DNA of 64,000 bases from Zygnema circumcarinatum SAG 698-1b. Lineage: Eukaryota > Plantae > Zygnematophyceae. The stretch spans positions 1,302,001 to 1,366,000 of the forward strand of contig CM074817.1 of NCBI GenBank assembly GCA_037447605.1. The letters run 5' to 3'. Below, piece by piece: positions 42,032-56,812 of the stretch (its first letter is position 1; the number at the start of each line of letters is the position of its first letter). The notes under the pieces are model-generated. The model was given only the letters and a program-made list of their open reading frames with translations, made no database searches and was not told where the DNA came from. Both the position numbers and the translations under genes were made by a program.

Positions 42032-43768
42032 TTATTTTGCCTCTTTAGACTTGGCTGCCTTCAATGTCTCAAAGAATGCCGCTTTGTCCTCCGCCGAGAG
42101 TCCCTGCAGGGAGCAGTCACCAACGCCCCATTCTGCTCCGCGCTCGCAGTACTTGTTCTGAATTGCTGCCTTATTCCTGCAATAAAACAACCAGATTATT
42201 ACTCAGTCCAGAGCCGAAGCATACAGTGAGGCGAGTAGGACAGTAGTAAAAAGGTAAGCGTTTCCCTTCAGAAATGAAACCATAACCAAAACAATCAAAA
42301 TAGGGAAGTCCTTTTGCAAATGCAATGCAATGGGAAAACATAAGAAGCGAAGCTTACACTTCTTTGTTCTCCTCTGATTTTTTAAGCAGTTGCTGCAGCA
42401 GCGGAGAAGTTTTGAAGTTCTCATCAAACTGTTCGTATTTCTTCTTTTGAGCATCTGCGCAGCAATACAACCGATACATACCAGGAGGGTAGATCCCAAA
42501 CTGTGTCAAGGATGTCAGGCATTCCCACTTGCAGGTTTACAGGCCTGCAGACTTGAGATCCTGCTGATCTAAATGTAACGGATTTATAATCTAGACGCAT
42601 TTGGCATTATTCCTTAACACTGTCCCTGCGCCACGAGTGTACCTCCAATGTTCTTCAAAAAGTCCGGTTGAGGTAGTGTAATAGGTGGTTGAGTCGACTC
42701 TAGACCTTTACGAAACATCCAGCCCCTCAGCCGGTCAGGTCATCATGCAAAGGGAGTAGAGGTTGCCCGGGGTTCTCTAAAGTCAAAACAAGAATGGGAG
42801 AGCATGCGAAAGGCAGATATGGGCTGATGACCTAAGGAGATAGACCTTACCAGATGCTCCTGAAAGGATCCCTCCAAATGCTGCCAGCACCCCAGACAGA
42901 CACTAGTTCAAAATAGTCAATATTGCGACTGCACTCCCGAGAAGATTGCTCGAAATGACATCCAACTATTGAGAGCTTCAGTTAATACATTCTCACCATT
43001 GCAATATGAACTGGAACTTACACCAACAGCCATTTATTAAATTAGAAAGGAAGGCTGGAAAAGGTCTTAGGACGAGAAAAGTAGAGGCTCAAGTGATTTT
43101 CCAATACCAGGCTCTCCTGTACTGATGACCCCGATGGCAAGAAGAGTCGCCGCAACAGCAGCACTTCGTCTTTTAAAGCCGGAAACCTCTTGCTCTGATG
43201 AATTTTGAGCCCTGAAAGGGAATGTAGCCTTGTGAGTTGGAAAGCCACGAAAGAACTACACTTTGTGGGAGTGACTGGCAGAATTGTAAGCTTGAAGACT
43301 TCACTATTGTAAAAACGAACACGATTCTTAACGCTATTCCTCATGCCTTGGTATGGCGATTCCCTTTCTCTACCGTCCTGTTAAGTAGTATCAGCAACAG
43401 GATGACTGCCAAAACCTTCCTTATGAACTCATGCTTTACGCTCGAACATAAATTTGTCAATAAAAAAGATCAGTAAAGTAATCCAGATGCATATCCTTAA
43501 AAGCGAGCAAAGAGGCCAGGTTGTCGATAAAACGATACAAGACCTAATCAGAAGAAATCAGATGTCAACCTTGTTCATTAAGATTAGCCTACCTGCACGC
43601 TCCCGCAAGAAACCTCGCCGGCCTTTGCTGACGACAAGGAGCGGAACGCAAAGCTCCGGGCACTCCAGCAAAACCTTCCGAGACTAAACAGACTTTTCTC
43701 TGAATAGAGCACCTCTCAAGCAAGGCATATTCAGAAGCCAGCGCCAGCGAAGTGCAAGAAGCAGCCAT
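42032..43768 (-). CDS. Plastid/thylakoid protein of the At1g49975-like family (often labelled 'PSI subunit N-like'; not bona fide PsaN), 204 aa; 6 exons (43768-43593, 43211-43108, 42880-42851, 42705-42643, 42454-42358, 42176-42032)
   Basis: Transit peptide, then KRRSAAVAATLLAIGV, then GLESTQPPITLPQPDFL, KKYEQFDENFKTSPLLQQLLKKSEENKE and NKYCERGAEWGVGDCS. The exons sum to 615 nt in frame. Confidence 0.85.
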
Positions 43769-43908
43769 AGTTTCTCTTCCTCCTTTCCTGCATGCAAAAA
43801 ATTGCCTTCCAATCCCTTGCAAGTGGTAGCCTGCTTTCAGTGCTTTTTTTGTCAGGCGCTCCTGAATCACATAGATTTCAAATCTGCTCTCCTACACTCT
43901 GAGGGTGG

Positions 43909-44159
43909 CCCTTAGCCCTAAAACTGCCCTTAGCCCTAAAACTGAGATCTGCACTTCCGGGGAAGTCACGCAACTAAGTGGCAGCCTCAGATATTTTTGG
44001 TGCAGTCTCTAAAAATAGGCCCTTTTTGTGAATAGTAACAGACGAACTTCCAATGGGAACACGACACGAGTAATATAGCCAAGTGTAACTTTTTTTTGAA
44101 TTTATTATTTACACACTCTTTTTGGCTATAAACACGCCTTTTTGGTTTAAAAACCCTAA
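43909..44159 (+). promoter_or_regulatory. Shared promoter region with a telo-box (AAACCCTAA at 44151-44159) and an 18-bp tandem duplication CCCTTAGCCCTAAAACTG x2 (43909-43944)
   Basis: Read directly. Telo-boxes are known upstream of plant translation-machinery genes. Confidence 0.5.
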
Positions 44160-44526
44160 AACCTGACCGGCGTAAAGGTGTGTATCTAGCAAATAAAGAT
44201 GTGTAAATAGCTTCCCAGATTTTATATTGACATTTATTGGATTTATTCGACGGGAAAAAACTATAGGCCTACGTGGATGGCATTCATTGGAGAAAGCTGG
44301 CCTGTTTATTTTGATTGAATTGAAATTTCAATTTCGAGCTTTACTGAGCACATGCATCATTCACATCTCCGTAAAAGGGGTGAATCCTAACAAATTTATG
44401 CGCACGCTAACTAAAGCAGCACAGGAGCGCTGTTCTTTGTAAGCTCCCAGGGCGGCTCCCCTCCTTGAAGAGGGGTGGACAACTTTCCTGAAGCGAGGCT
44501 GCTTCACTCCGAGGAGGGAGGCAGCC

Positions 44527-47500
44527 ATGGAGGAGGTCTTGGAAGGAAAGGACTACAGTTTTCCCAAGGAGGAGGAGAAGGTGCTCGCATTCTGGGAGGA
44601 GGTCGACGCGTTCCACACTCAGCTGAAGAAGACCGAGGGGCTGCCCGAGTATGTTTTCTACGACGGGCCGCCATTTGCAACAGGTTAGTGCTCTGTAGGG
44701 AAGGAAAGCTTACTCTTATTGGCTAATTTTTAGAAAATTAATGATGATGGCTTTGAAAGGCACTCGATTATGATATTTTGGGTCGACAGCGAGGACAATG
44801 CATTTACAGCATGACTGCTGTCATATTCGCAATTTTTTGGCGCTGGCTTGTTGAGAAGGACAGACTTGTTGAGAAGGGCAGAACTGTAGGGAAGGACAGA
44901 CTTGTAATTTTTTTTTAAAGCGGAGGGAAGGGAGTGAAGAGGGGAGCTGAGGGAGGAAGGGGTTTTGGTCGGGTTTTTATAAATAACGAGCTTTCGGCTG
45001 TGGCCTTCAAGGCTAGGCGTTAATTTTTCTGATCAATGCTCAACTTTTCTCCTTTCAAAAGTAATCTGGAACTTCAGAGAGCCCTTTGCAGGAGGATTTT
45101 CCTATAAGCTTAGCAGACTTGAACCTTTTCCTTGGCGATCGGAGTTCACTGTTGACTGCAAGGCTACAATTTCCCCTCAACGACTATGATTAACATAATA
45201 AACTTTCACTAGCACATCGCAGAGGACTTGAATTTGAAGGAGAGGGCTTAGTGTTGCTTTTTTGCAAATATCAGGCTCCGTTGCAAGGCATCTGCAATAA
45301 GATTCTGGAGTCAATTTTTATCCTTTTTCCCTATTTTTTGGATTCAGGACTACCGCACTACGGGCATATCCTAGCGGGTACCATTAAAGACGTTGTAACA
45401 CGATATCAGACTGCGACAGGGCACCATGTTACTCGGCGGTTTGGTTGGGACTGCCACGGCCTGCCGGTTGAATATGAGATTGATCAAAAGCTCAACATCA
45501 AAACACGGGAAGATGTCAGTTACATTTCCTGGCAACCTTGTCGATTAGAGAAGGAGCCAGGTCTTGAGAGGTTTTCAAACCTTTCAGTAAAGCAGCTTCG
45601 TCTTTAGAAAGGACATGCTTTAAGCATCCATTGTAGCATATATTTTCCTTTCTATCCTCCTTTCCTGTTTCCTGTTGCCTTTTCCTTTGTTTTTGGCTCC
45701 CACTAGGTCTTATCTAGCCATGTGCAGTGACGAGCCCAGGAAGAAAGTCAAAAACGGACTTAAAGCGGAATTTGTACTTCAGTTCATATATGTGCATGTG
45801 TGCGTGTACAGTAGGCTTTTAATTCTTCCTAATGCTGAATGACTGAAGAAATTGCGAAAGTGCGGGGATGAACACATTGCATGGCCAGGTGTTGGCTCTT
45901 GGGATTGACAAGTACAATGAGGAATGCCGGAGCATTGTCATGCGTTATTCAAGAGAGTGGGAGAAAGCTATCACTCGTGTTGGTCGATGGATTGATTTCA
46001 AGAACGATTACAAGACGCTGGATCCGCAATATATGGAGAGTGTTTGGTGGGTGTTTAAACAGCTCCACGAAAAGGGGCTTGTTTATCGAGGCTTTAAGGT
46101 GAGTTCTTTCCCTTATTCTCACTTCACTTCGATGCTGACTTCCCTCTTCCTTTATCCCTTTCCATGTCCCTCTCCCTGTTCTCCCTACAGCCTTAGCTTG
46201 GCAGTACCTCGTAGTTTTTAAGTTCCAATAATATGTGTTTCCCAGTTGCCATGCATGGCCCAAAGGCTAACACTAATCTTTCTAATCTTCCCATGATCTC
46301 CCGTCGTCCCTCCTTCCAAATATCCATCAGTGTGCTCAAGCTAGTATTTCTCGTCGATTCCAAATGAGCTTTTTTCTTGCTCTTTATCCAGCTGGGGCGG
46401 CCACGGACCGTTCCTTATGAGGAGTTTGAAACTGGGGGACTTTTTCTTTGCAGGTTATGCCTTATAGCACTGGCTGCAAAACTCCTCTTTCCAACTTCGA
46501 GTCCGGTCTGAACTATAAGGTATGAAGCCATTCACTGTAATCATTGGAGTGCCTCTGTTTAGCCACTGCGTCAAAGAATAATTGTGTAGGAAGCTTTGCC
46601 AACGTTCTAGTGGAAACGACTAGAATGTTCATGTCATGAAATCGTTGCAATGTATTCTTCGCCATAAGAATGCTCCATATTGATTTGGACATCAAGGATT
46701 TTGCCAATCCTTGCATGCCATGGTAACCCTTTTTAACTGTCAACGCTAGAAATGCACTTCCAGCTCAAGTCTGCTTCAGATTCCTACTGTTTTTTTGAAT
46801 CGAAGGCAGCAGTGAACATGCATTTTATACAGCATAGGATTGAGGAATAGAGAAGTATCCCATATGGGAAATTCACCGCAGGCCTTAGCAATCATTAAAG
46901 CTTTATCAGTCCCTCCTGCTTTCTAACCTTACTCTTTCCTCCTGCCTCTCCCTTTCCAGGATGTGTCTGATCCTGCAGTCATGATCAGCTTCCTGCTTGA
47001 AGATGACCTTGACGGAGCAGCACTTGTTGCCTGGACAACAACTCCATGGACACTCCCCAGCAACCTCGCCCTTTGCGTGAATGCAGCTTTTACATACGCT
47101 AAGGTTGATTGCTGCCTCCTCACTCCTCCCAGGTATTAGATGGCTGCCAAATGTTAGAGAGGGGGAGGAGAGATTTACAGGATTCTGCTCATAGTATAGA
47201 GGGTTCCTGTGACCTATTAGACGACAACACCTCTTGTCCGGTTGGTTGATAGCAAGTCTTCCCAAAATTCTCTTGCGGAAAGGTGGTTTGTTCTGTTCAA
47301 TTGCGTAAGGTACAGGATGTAGGTATAGATGAGCTATGTAAGAGACATACAGCAAAGGGATATCTGCAAGTTCCTTAACAACCCTCACTGTTGCCGTTTT
47401 TCTTGGGAGCAGGTTAGAGCGAAAGACACCGGAGCAGTGTGGATAGTGGCTGAAGCTTTGCTTTCTTCGCTTCCGACTAAGAAAAAGACTAAAGGAAGCG

Positions 47501-50500
47501 AAGGGACTAATGGAGTAGCTCATGAAACGGGCGGCAAGAAGAGTGATGGAAAAGGGAAAAAGGGAGACAAGAGTAAGGGGGCTTCTGCAGTATCTGAAGA
47601 TCAGGCATCAGCTCCCGTAGCTGCATTAGACACTTCGACATATGAGCTATTGGGGACTCTGAGAGGGGCTGATTTGGTGGGAAAAAGGTATGTTGGAACT
47701 TTTCCATCCCTGTTTCGATTGACCGACCGTTGAAGTTTTGAAGATGCTGCTTGAGTCTTAAAAGTTTGTGATTATCTATAGAAAAACTTTGCAGTTGGTG
47801 CTTCGAGCTGTTTATGGATAATCCTTATTTTCCTGTTATGGTCTGTTTTCTGACTCTTTCCTTTTATGCAGGTATCATCCTTTGTTTCCTTATTTTGCGG
47901 ACTTGAAAGATGTGGCATTTCGGGTTGTTGCGGACGATTACGTCACCGACAAGAGCGGAACGGGAGTTGTTCATTCCGCACCTGCTTTTGGAGAAGATGA
48001 TTACCGGGTCTGCTTGAAACATGGCATCATTCAAAAGGTTTTTCCACCTTCAGAATTAGCCTTCAACCAACAGCCTTTAAGCGCAGAGAGAGTCTAAGGT
48101 ATTTCTTGAATAATTTATTGCGCATGCTTTTGGTCAGGATAAGGCAGAGGTCCACTGACCATGAAACTGCTTAATCAATGACTACATGTGCCCCATGTTG
48201 CAATCTGTAAACAAATACTGTGCCCTTTCCAATTTTCCAACTTGTTGTTTTCTTTGCTTTGTGTCATTTGTCAAAAAAATCTCGAAAGCGTTGTCTAATT
48301 CTTTTCTCTTGTGCTAATGATTCTATGTTTTCTTGTAAGTGCGATGTTTACCTTTGTCTTTGGGCTTTTATGGTTCGGGTTCCCATGATGGACCTGCTGC
48401 TAATTTTCTGCTTCACTATGGACGGGGTTGGGTTGGCGATATGGCAGGGAAAGGGCATTCCTAATCCAGTCGATGAAAATGGTGCTTTCACGGATGTGGT
48501 TACAGACTTTAAGGGGCGATATGTCAAAGAGGCTGATAAGGACATCATTGCAAAGTTGAAGGTAAAAGTCTTGCCCTTCACTTTTCTAGGGAGAATCCTG
48601 CACATACTGGGGAATGAAAAAATCACTTTCAGGAAGCTTAATGAATCCGATCTGTAAAGAGTTTTGTGATGAGACTTCAGTTAGAATCTTGATTTTTTGT
48701 GCTGCGATGTACATATGCGCATAGATTCACATTAGGATGCATGTATCAGTGCGTGCATGTGAAAATGGTTACAAAGCTTTGACACAATGCGTCTTTGGAA
48801 GAGTCTAGAAGGTTCTGTTGAATACATGCAAGACACTTTAAACCTAGTTGGAAGTCGTGATGCCGTAAGTCAAGAGCAAAGTTGACAACATTTCCATCCA
48901 TTCAAATGTTCTTTGCACGTTTGCATCTCATTGATTCATCGCCTTTCATCTCATGGGCATTGACACGTTTAAATGGAAGTCAGCTGCAATGTGCTTATCG
49001 TTTTTCAGAATGCATTTTTCTTAACTGTGTACCAAGTCAGGCCATGGGACGCTTGGTCAATGCGGGCAGCATAATGCACTCCTATCCCTTCTGTTGGCGT
49101 TCAGATACGCCCCTTCTCTATAAAGCTGTGCCTAGCTGGTGAGCTAAAAACCCTAAAAATCCCATATTAAACCTCCATTCAGCTTTAGGTTTGTTGTGGA
49201 TAAGACATTTCACAATCTTTTACCAGTCTCTTCTGCCCTCCCTCTTAGAATTCCCTTTTGGACGCGAAAGAGGGCTACATACCTCACTCTGTCGTCTTCA
49301 TCTCTGCCCTTTTCCTCTCTATGTTTGAAGATTGCCCAGGAATCAGGTGGATTCTGGGTCATGGGCCATACTATTGGAAAGAATTGCCGAGAATAGTCGT
49401 GCTTATGCAGCTGTATATTGGCAGGTTTGTGGCCGTTGAGAAGATCAAGGAGCAGCTGCTCGAATGCAATCAGCAGACCTATTGGGTGCCGGACTTTGTG
49501 AAGGAGAAACGTTTCCACAATTGGTTGGAAGCTGCCAATGATTGGGCTGTCAGCCGCAGCCGCTTTTGGGGCACTCCCTTACCCATTTGGAGCAGTGAGG
49601 ACGGAGAGGAGATTCGGGTCATTGGGTCCGTACAAGAGCTGGAGGAGCTCAGTGGTTTCAAGGTCCCCTCTCTCTCCTCCGTATTACGACCCACCTTGAC
49701 CAAAAAAAGTTTATTGAACAGTCTCTTTTTCCTTTCCTGTCTTGTTCGGTTTTTTCCTACGCCTCCTGCTGCTTTAGTCGTCCTACTTTCTCTATTCCCT
49801 TCTCTCCCTCTTTTCTGCTGCGTATAGGTTTTGATTTCCCTAGATGATGATTTCAGGCATTGCCTCCTTTGGTGGAACGTACCGCTGCTTCATACCATTG
49901 TCTGTTCCATACTGTTACACTACTTCGTCGTCCATCTGTTTAACCGTTCTCTGTGAACGAGTGTCTTTGTTACAGGCAACTGATCTTCATCGCCACAAAA
50001 TCGACCATGTAACCATCCCATCACAACATGGTCCTGATCACCCTCCCTTGAAGCGAGTGGAGGAGGTGAGGACCTCAAATTCCCAGACCCGTTTGCCGTC
50101 TTTCTGTAGATTTCCTGCTGCTGCTTATCCTCTCCCTCTCTCTCCTTATCCAAGGATTACTTCTGAGCCAAACTCTGAACATGAGAGGTCGTGGGGTGTG
50201 GAGAGGGAGAACAGGTCTTCGACTGTTGGTTTGAGAGTGGTTCGATGCCGTACGGTTACATTCATTACCCATTCGAGAACAAGGAACTTTTTGAGCGCAA
50301 TTTTCCTGGTCACTTTGTGGCTGAGGGGCTTGACCAAACTCGTGGGTGGTACGTATAGCTCTTAGCCATTCGTTTAGAAAATAGGCAAGCACACATTTCC
50401 TTTAAAAAAAAAGGAATTTTCTTTCATTTCATTTTCCATTTTTCCTTTACTTTTTCCTTGTCATGGCTGCATTCCATGTTTCAATAATATCCGGATTCTG

Positions 50501-53500
50501 TCGCAGGGTAAAAGTGGTAATCAGGAAACTGAAGAGAGAATTGGGATTGTAAGTTCAGGTTTTACACCCTCATGGTGCTCTCCACGGCCCTTTTTGGCAA
50601 ACCTGCATTCAAAAACCTCATCTGCAACGGTCTTGTGCTTGCGGAGGATGGCAAGAAGATGTCAAAACGGCTCAAAAACTATCCTCCTCCACAAGAGGTG
50701 GTTGACGAGTATGGGGCTGTAAGTACCATTTTGAAGGAAATATACCCTCCTTTGATACATATGCTCGCTTGGCAACTCAGTCTCCCTCCCTCTGTCTCTC
50801 TCCTTCTGCTCACTGTCTCCTTCTCTGCCTCCTCCTCGGACTACTTCACAAGACTGGCCTCCTATTTGGTAATCAACTCTTTTCGTGTTTTGCTTTCACC
50901 CTAGTTGTGTATTCATTACAAACTTGCTCTCTCTCCTCCGCCATTGGCAGGATGCTTTACGGCTGTATCTCATCAACTCTCCCGTGGTTCGAGCAGAGAC
51001 CCTGCGGTTCAAAAAGGAAGGCGTTTTTGCTGTGGTATGCACTCCTGCATAACAACCTCAAATAGTTGTTGCTCAATGCTGATAGTTTTGCTAAAAGTCT
51101 TGTAGTGCTTGTAGTGCTCTGTCCCCTTCCCTTTTCTCCTTTCAACCCCTTTATCTTTTCCTGACATTATTGCACAAATTGTGAAGCTCCGAAGTTGGGA
51201 TAAGGTCGAGTACATAGACTCTTAGACTCAGTCTTTTTATTTCTGTTTTGAGAGTGGGCCGCATTTTGCAGGTGCGAGATGTATTTCTTCCATGGTACAA
51301 TGCATACCGTTTCCTTGTGCAAAATGTGCTCCGATTGGAGGCAGAAGGGCAGCCTTCTTTCCGCCCTTTGGGGGTGGAGGTGCTGCAAAAGTCAACAAAC
51401 GTTTTGGACCGTTGGATCAACTCATACAGTCAGAGTTTGGTCCTCTTTGTGAAGCAGGAGATGGAGGCCTATCGGCTTTACACCGTAAGTTGCTCTCACA
51501 TTTTACAGCTTTTAGAGCGAAACTAGATGACTTCGATTCCTTGTGAAATTCATATCGTAAGTGGTTTGGCGATGTATCATGTTTTGGTGCCTAGGAATCC
51601 ACCTTAATGGTTGCTTCGCATTTTGATAGAGTAGTTAATGGCAAAGCTTTAGCCACTGTTGTTCTCTGTATACATCTTAGGAGCAGAAAAAGGATCGGTT
51701 TGGTGAGTGCTCTTGGAGTGAGATGCTGTGTTCTTTGTTGCAGGTAGTTCCGTTTCTGCTGAAATTTATCGATCGACTGACAAACGTCTATGTGCGGCTG
51801 AACCGTAAGCGCCTTAAAGGGCGAACGGGTCTCGAGGATTCCTACCTCGCACTGTCAACGCTGTTCTATGTCAGTTCCACCCATGCTACAACTTCAATGT
51901 CTCTGTTTCCTGCACTTCATTTTGACTCACTGCACTGCTGTGTCTTCATCTGAAAAAGCACTTTGAATGCTATCCATGACTTCCTCTGAAAGGCAGGTGA
52001 TTTGACTGGCTATTTACTCTTCCAGGTGCTGCTCACTGTTTGCAAAGTCATGGCACCATTTACACCTTTCTTTACGGAGGCTATGTATCGAAACCTTCGG
52101 AAAGTTCTACCTGAATCGGAGGACTCTGTACACTACTGCTCATTTCCACAGGCACAAGGAGAGGTATTGCTTGCATTTCCATATTGCACCTCTCTTCGTT
52201 CTGAATCAAGTCCGCCGGTTTGAAAACCTAAGCTCGGTGCAAGCTTTTGGTTTTACCAACTGATGTACAATTCATCATTTACACATATGGGGCATCTGAA
52301 AACTTATTGCCATTCATTTTGCTGGAGGGTAACAATGAAACATACGACCAAGCACCGGAGTAGAGCGAAGGTGTAGGAGTTGGAGAACTTTTTTCCGGTG
52401 AGAGACAAGGTGCCATAATTTCCGATAACGTCGAATCAACCATTAGCCATCAGCCATTAGCCATCAGCCATTAGCCATCAGCCATTAGCCATCAGCCATT
52501 AGCCATTTCACATCTGTGATACTTTTTATGTACAGACGGATGAGCGAATTGAGCGAAGCGTGGCGCGGATGACAACTGTCATTGACTTGGCGAGAAACAT
52601 TCGTGAAAGGCACACCAAGCCCTTGAAAATGCCCCTCAAGTAAGTGGAAACTCTTCGATGCATCTCATACATGTAGTGTATTGTAAGTAATTGGCTTTCC
52701 TCCACCTTGCTTGATACTTGTGAGATTTGGCTTCAGGTCCTTCCGGCGGAAGAATGGAGCTCAGTTTTTATTTTTTTCTTTCTTTCATGCGGATGTATGC
52801 TTTGAGGGACTGTTAGTTTTCATGTAGCAAGGATTTCCAAGGGTATGGTCAAAATGAAATTATCAAAGGAATAGAAGTCTAATCATGTTTGGATCATGAC
52901 TAAGTCTAGAAGTGAGCACCATAGAGGAGTCGACACTAAAGCCGGCAAGGTGCATCTTCTGTTGAAGCAAATTTCGCAAAACTTTTACAAAAGAGTCTTC
53001 GTTTTTTTTGGTTGAGGAGAAGAAGGGGAAGAGTGAGAGGCTAGTCTTCTGCACTGTTGCATACATGGGCTATAGTTTTTTCCATATTGTCTCACAAAAG
53101 TCTGTACATGTCACAGAGAGATGGTTGTGGTTCACCCCGATGCGAGTTTCTTGGAAGATATCACTGGGCAGCTACGGGAGGTGAGCACAGGAGATTTTTA
53201 TGCCTTGCTTCTACTAGTTATCATAACATTGATTTCGTCAGAAACCACACCCCACTTGAACTCCATGCTTCTATAATAGCACATCCCTTTGTCCTCGGTC
53301 TCCATTCTGTTTTTGCCTAAGCTCTTTAGGCAGGTATAGGTCGAGTCGAATTCTAATTATTATTAGTATAATTCTCTAATCATGGGGCCTATCGCTGCAT
53401 GCAGTATGTGGAGGAAGAGCTCAATGTCCGTCTGATTACTCCATGTGCTGATCCGCTCAAATATGCCAAATTGAGAGCAGAGCCCGATTTCAGGTATGAC

Positions 53501-56500
53501 AACCCTAAAAACTCTCCTTATTCTGTCCAAAATAGATGCTAAGTAGTACACCCTGTAACACTTCTGTTCGTTATTATCTTGTTTAGGTAGGCCTATACGA
53601 AGGGGCTGTCCGCATACCATTCATTCCGTAGTCCGTTCACACCTATCAGACCACTCTCTCCCCATGTTTTGCTCTTGTTTTGACCATGGCTGACCAGAGC
53701 CGGTGGCTATGGGCTTTCTATGGGATGAAAAAAGTGCTTTGGGAAAGCGTCTTGGTAAAGCGATGGGCGCTGTGGCCAAGGAGGTGAAGGCAATGGATTT
53801 GGCCGCCATTCAGGACTATGAGAGGAGTGGGTCGGTACAGTTGGCTGGGCAGACTTTGGGTCCCTCTGAAATCAAGGTAAGTTTAACTCCCACCTTTGAA
53901 CGGTGAAAGGAGGGAAGGAGAAGGAGGGCGAGGAAAGGGTGGGAGGGGGGGAAGGGAAAGGGGGGGGGGAGGGGGGGGGGGGNNNNNNNNNNTGGCGTGG
54001 GGGGGGGGAGGGGGGCGTAGCGGAGTGAAGTGGGAGAAAGGAGAGTGCCAAAGTTTTAGGGTTTCAGAGGTTTCATGGCTTGATTGTTTGAGGGCATGTT
54101 AAGATTTCAGGGAGAAAAGTGCGGAAATGAAGGCCTTCAAGATGGGTGAAGACAGGCAATTTGATGGTTCGTTTTTTTTCATTTTTGTTCCGCTGTGATG
54201 CAGGTGGTGCGGGAGTTCACTCCCCCTGCCGGAGTGAAACCTGAAGATATTGACGCGGCTGGTGATGGTAAATATGGACATAAAGGCTCCGCTTATCTGA
54301 TCTTCAGTTTTCTTCTATGTCGTATGTTTTTCCTGGGTTTAAAGCGCGTTTTCCTATTTCAGAAAAGAGTTCGAGTTTTCCGGAAGCTGTATGTGGGTTA
54401 TTTATCCTCTCTTTCCTTCGAAATTTCTGCAGGTGATGTGTTGGTTGTGTTGGATTTACGACCAGAGGAGGACCTCGTAGATGCGGGTATAGCTAGAGAG
54501 GTCGGTTTTTTCAGTGCTCTTTTCTACTCTTCCCTGTTTTACCTCCCATTTCCTCGTTTTCTCTCCCACGTCCCCTCCTTCTCATGCTCGCTTTCTCCTC
54601 TCTCCCACTCGACCACTCTCTCTCTCTCTCAAACACACTCCACACTCCACACTCCCTCCTTCCAAGCGCATTCCAATCTTCCTCTACTTTTGCCGTTCCT
54701 CCTCTTTACATGCCTTTATTGGCCCGACTTGTCTGCTTTCGACTTGCCTTACCAAATCTCCTCTCACCTACCTTTCCACACTTATCCCCACTTTCCTGGT
54801 CTACCCTTTCCGAGTCCTCTCTCGTCTGCCTGCACTTGCCGTCATGAGCAGATTCAACTTCTTTAGGCAACCACCCCTTGCCCTTTCCTTTTGTTTCAGA
54901 AAGTCACATGGCTGAGGGAGGGAAGGAATGGTGGCTGGCCATGGTGGCAGGTAGTGAACCGCATTCAGAAATTGCGCAAAAAGGCGGGCCTTGAACCCAC
55001 AGACAGTGTGGAAGTCTATGTGGAGGTTTTAACTGCTACTGAGAGCAGCGATTCTGCAACGATTCAGCGAGTCGTTGAGACACAGGTGACTGACTACTTC
55101 GAAAACTTGTTCTGGTTTGTCCTTCCTTTCAGACTGCTCAATGTGGTAGTATGTATTGGCTAAAAGTTTTAGTAATTGTGGAATGGTCATGGTTCTAATG
55201 AAGAACACTTTTCCTTCCAGGCAAGCTACATCCAAGAGGCACTGGGGTCTCCTCTCCTTCCATATGAAAGATTGCCTACTCATGCGGTGAGGTCCTGCAA
55301 CTCTCCCTCTTTCTCTCTCTCTCTCTCTCACTCTCTCTCAACTCTCCTGGTCTTCAGCTTAATCATTACGCAGGACTCTGTTTCTCGTTCTCCTTTGGGT
55401 TCAATTGAAAGAATGAAGCATGTTCTCTGTTTGTTGACATTTGAAGCTGACATAGAGACTCTAGTACAACGCATTGTACAAAGGGAGAACACTGAGCACA
55501 ATATGGATATGCTGCGTATGCATTGTGTGCAGGTTACTCTCCTCCGAGAGGCCTACCATGGTGTTGGCGGCTCGTCGTTTGCAATTACTCTCACTCGAAG
55601 TGCCCTCTTCTTTGTGGCCAAGGAACTCGAAGCTGCGTGTGAAGGTCTCTCTCTCACACTCTCTCTCTCATGTTCTCTCTCTTCCTCTCAGTTTAGCCAG
55701 GGGATTTCCCAGCTTTTGGCAGCCTCCCTAGTGCTTTTGCATACCCTGACATGTTTGGACAATAACAACGTTGAAAAGTTCAGCCCCGAGCTATGTCTTT
55801 AGGATCTTTCAGACGTGTTTGGGTTGTACTCTGAACTTATGAATATGCATAGATTGCACAGTGTTGTTAGCCTAATCTAAGTCCACAAATCTTGTCCCTA
55901 AACCTCCCGTTATCAAAATTGCCAAAGGTTTAGAACAATGCTGTGGCAGCCCAGTATGCGTGCGAGCACAGAGAAGAAGCTTAGCGAGTAGCTTTAGAGA
56001 CCCTTCAAGCCCTCGAAACCTCAAAAAAACTCAGAAGCTGGTGGTGACGAATGTAGGCTATTGAGCTAAAAGGAAGGATGGCGGTTTGTTTTTTGTTTAC
56101 GCAGGAAACAAGGAGCATGCTGCCAACCTTGAGATTGCCCTTCTTGCGCGCGACCTTACTCGGCTCAAGGCGGAGCTCGCTTCCAATGGGGGCAAGGTAC
56201 AGCCACAGCTTCTCCTTTCCCTCTTGCTGCAGGTGATAAGCTGTGAAATCGTGAACCGGTCTGTTCAGAGTGAAAAACACGCACACAGTAGCAAGAAGGT
56301 GCCGCAAGAAGTCATGAAGGAATGTGCTTTGTTTTTGCTGAAGGGGTGGACTTATATGTTTTCATTCATTCATTGGCTGATCTCCCTCCCCTCCCTCCCT
56401 CCCTCCTCCTCCTTCCCTCCCCTCCCTCCCTCCCTCCCTCCCTCCCTCCCTCCCTCCCTCCCTCCCTCCCTCCCTCCTCCCTCCCTCCCTCCCTCCCTCC

Positions 56501-56710
56501 CTCCCTCCCTCCCTCCCTCCCTCCCTCCCTCCCTCCCTTCCTCCCTCCCTCCCTCCCTCCCTCCCTCCCTCCCTCCCTCCCTCCCTCCCTCCCTCCCTCC
56601 CTCCCTCCTCCCTCCCTCCCTCCCTCCCTCCCTCCCTCCCTCCCTCCCTCCCTCCCTCCCTCCCTCCCTCCCTCCCTCCTCCCTCCCTCCCTCCCTCTTC
56701 TTTCTTTCCT

Positions 56711-56744
<34 letters not shown>

Positions 56745-56776
56745 TTCTTTCTTCTTTCTTTCTTTCTTTCTTTCCT

Positions 56777-56812
<36 letters not shown>

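Noticed and set aside
42032-43768. Calling this gene psaN
   Set aside because: It lacks the PsaN core (ATSGANFARA, FPENFTGCQDL); only a short patch is similar.
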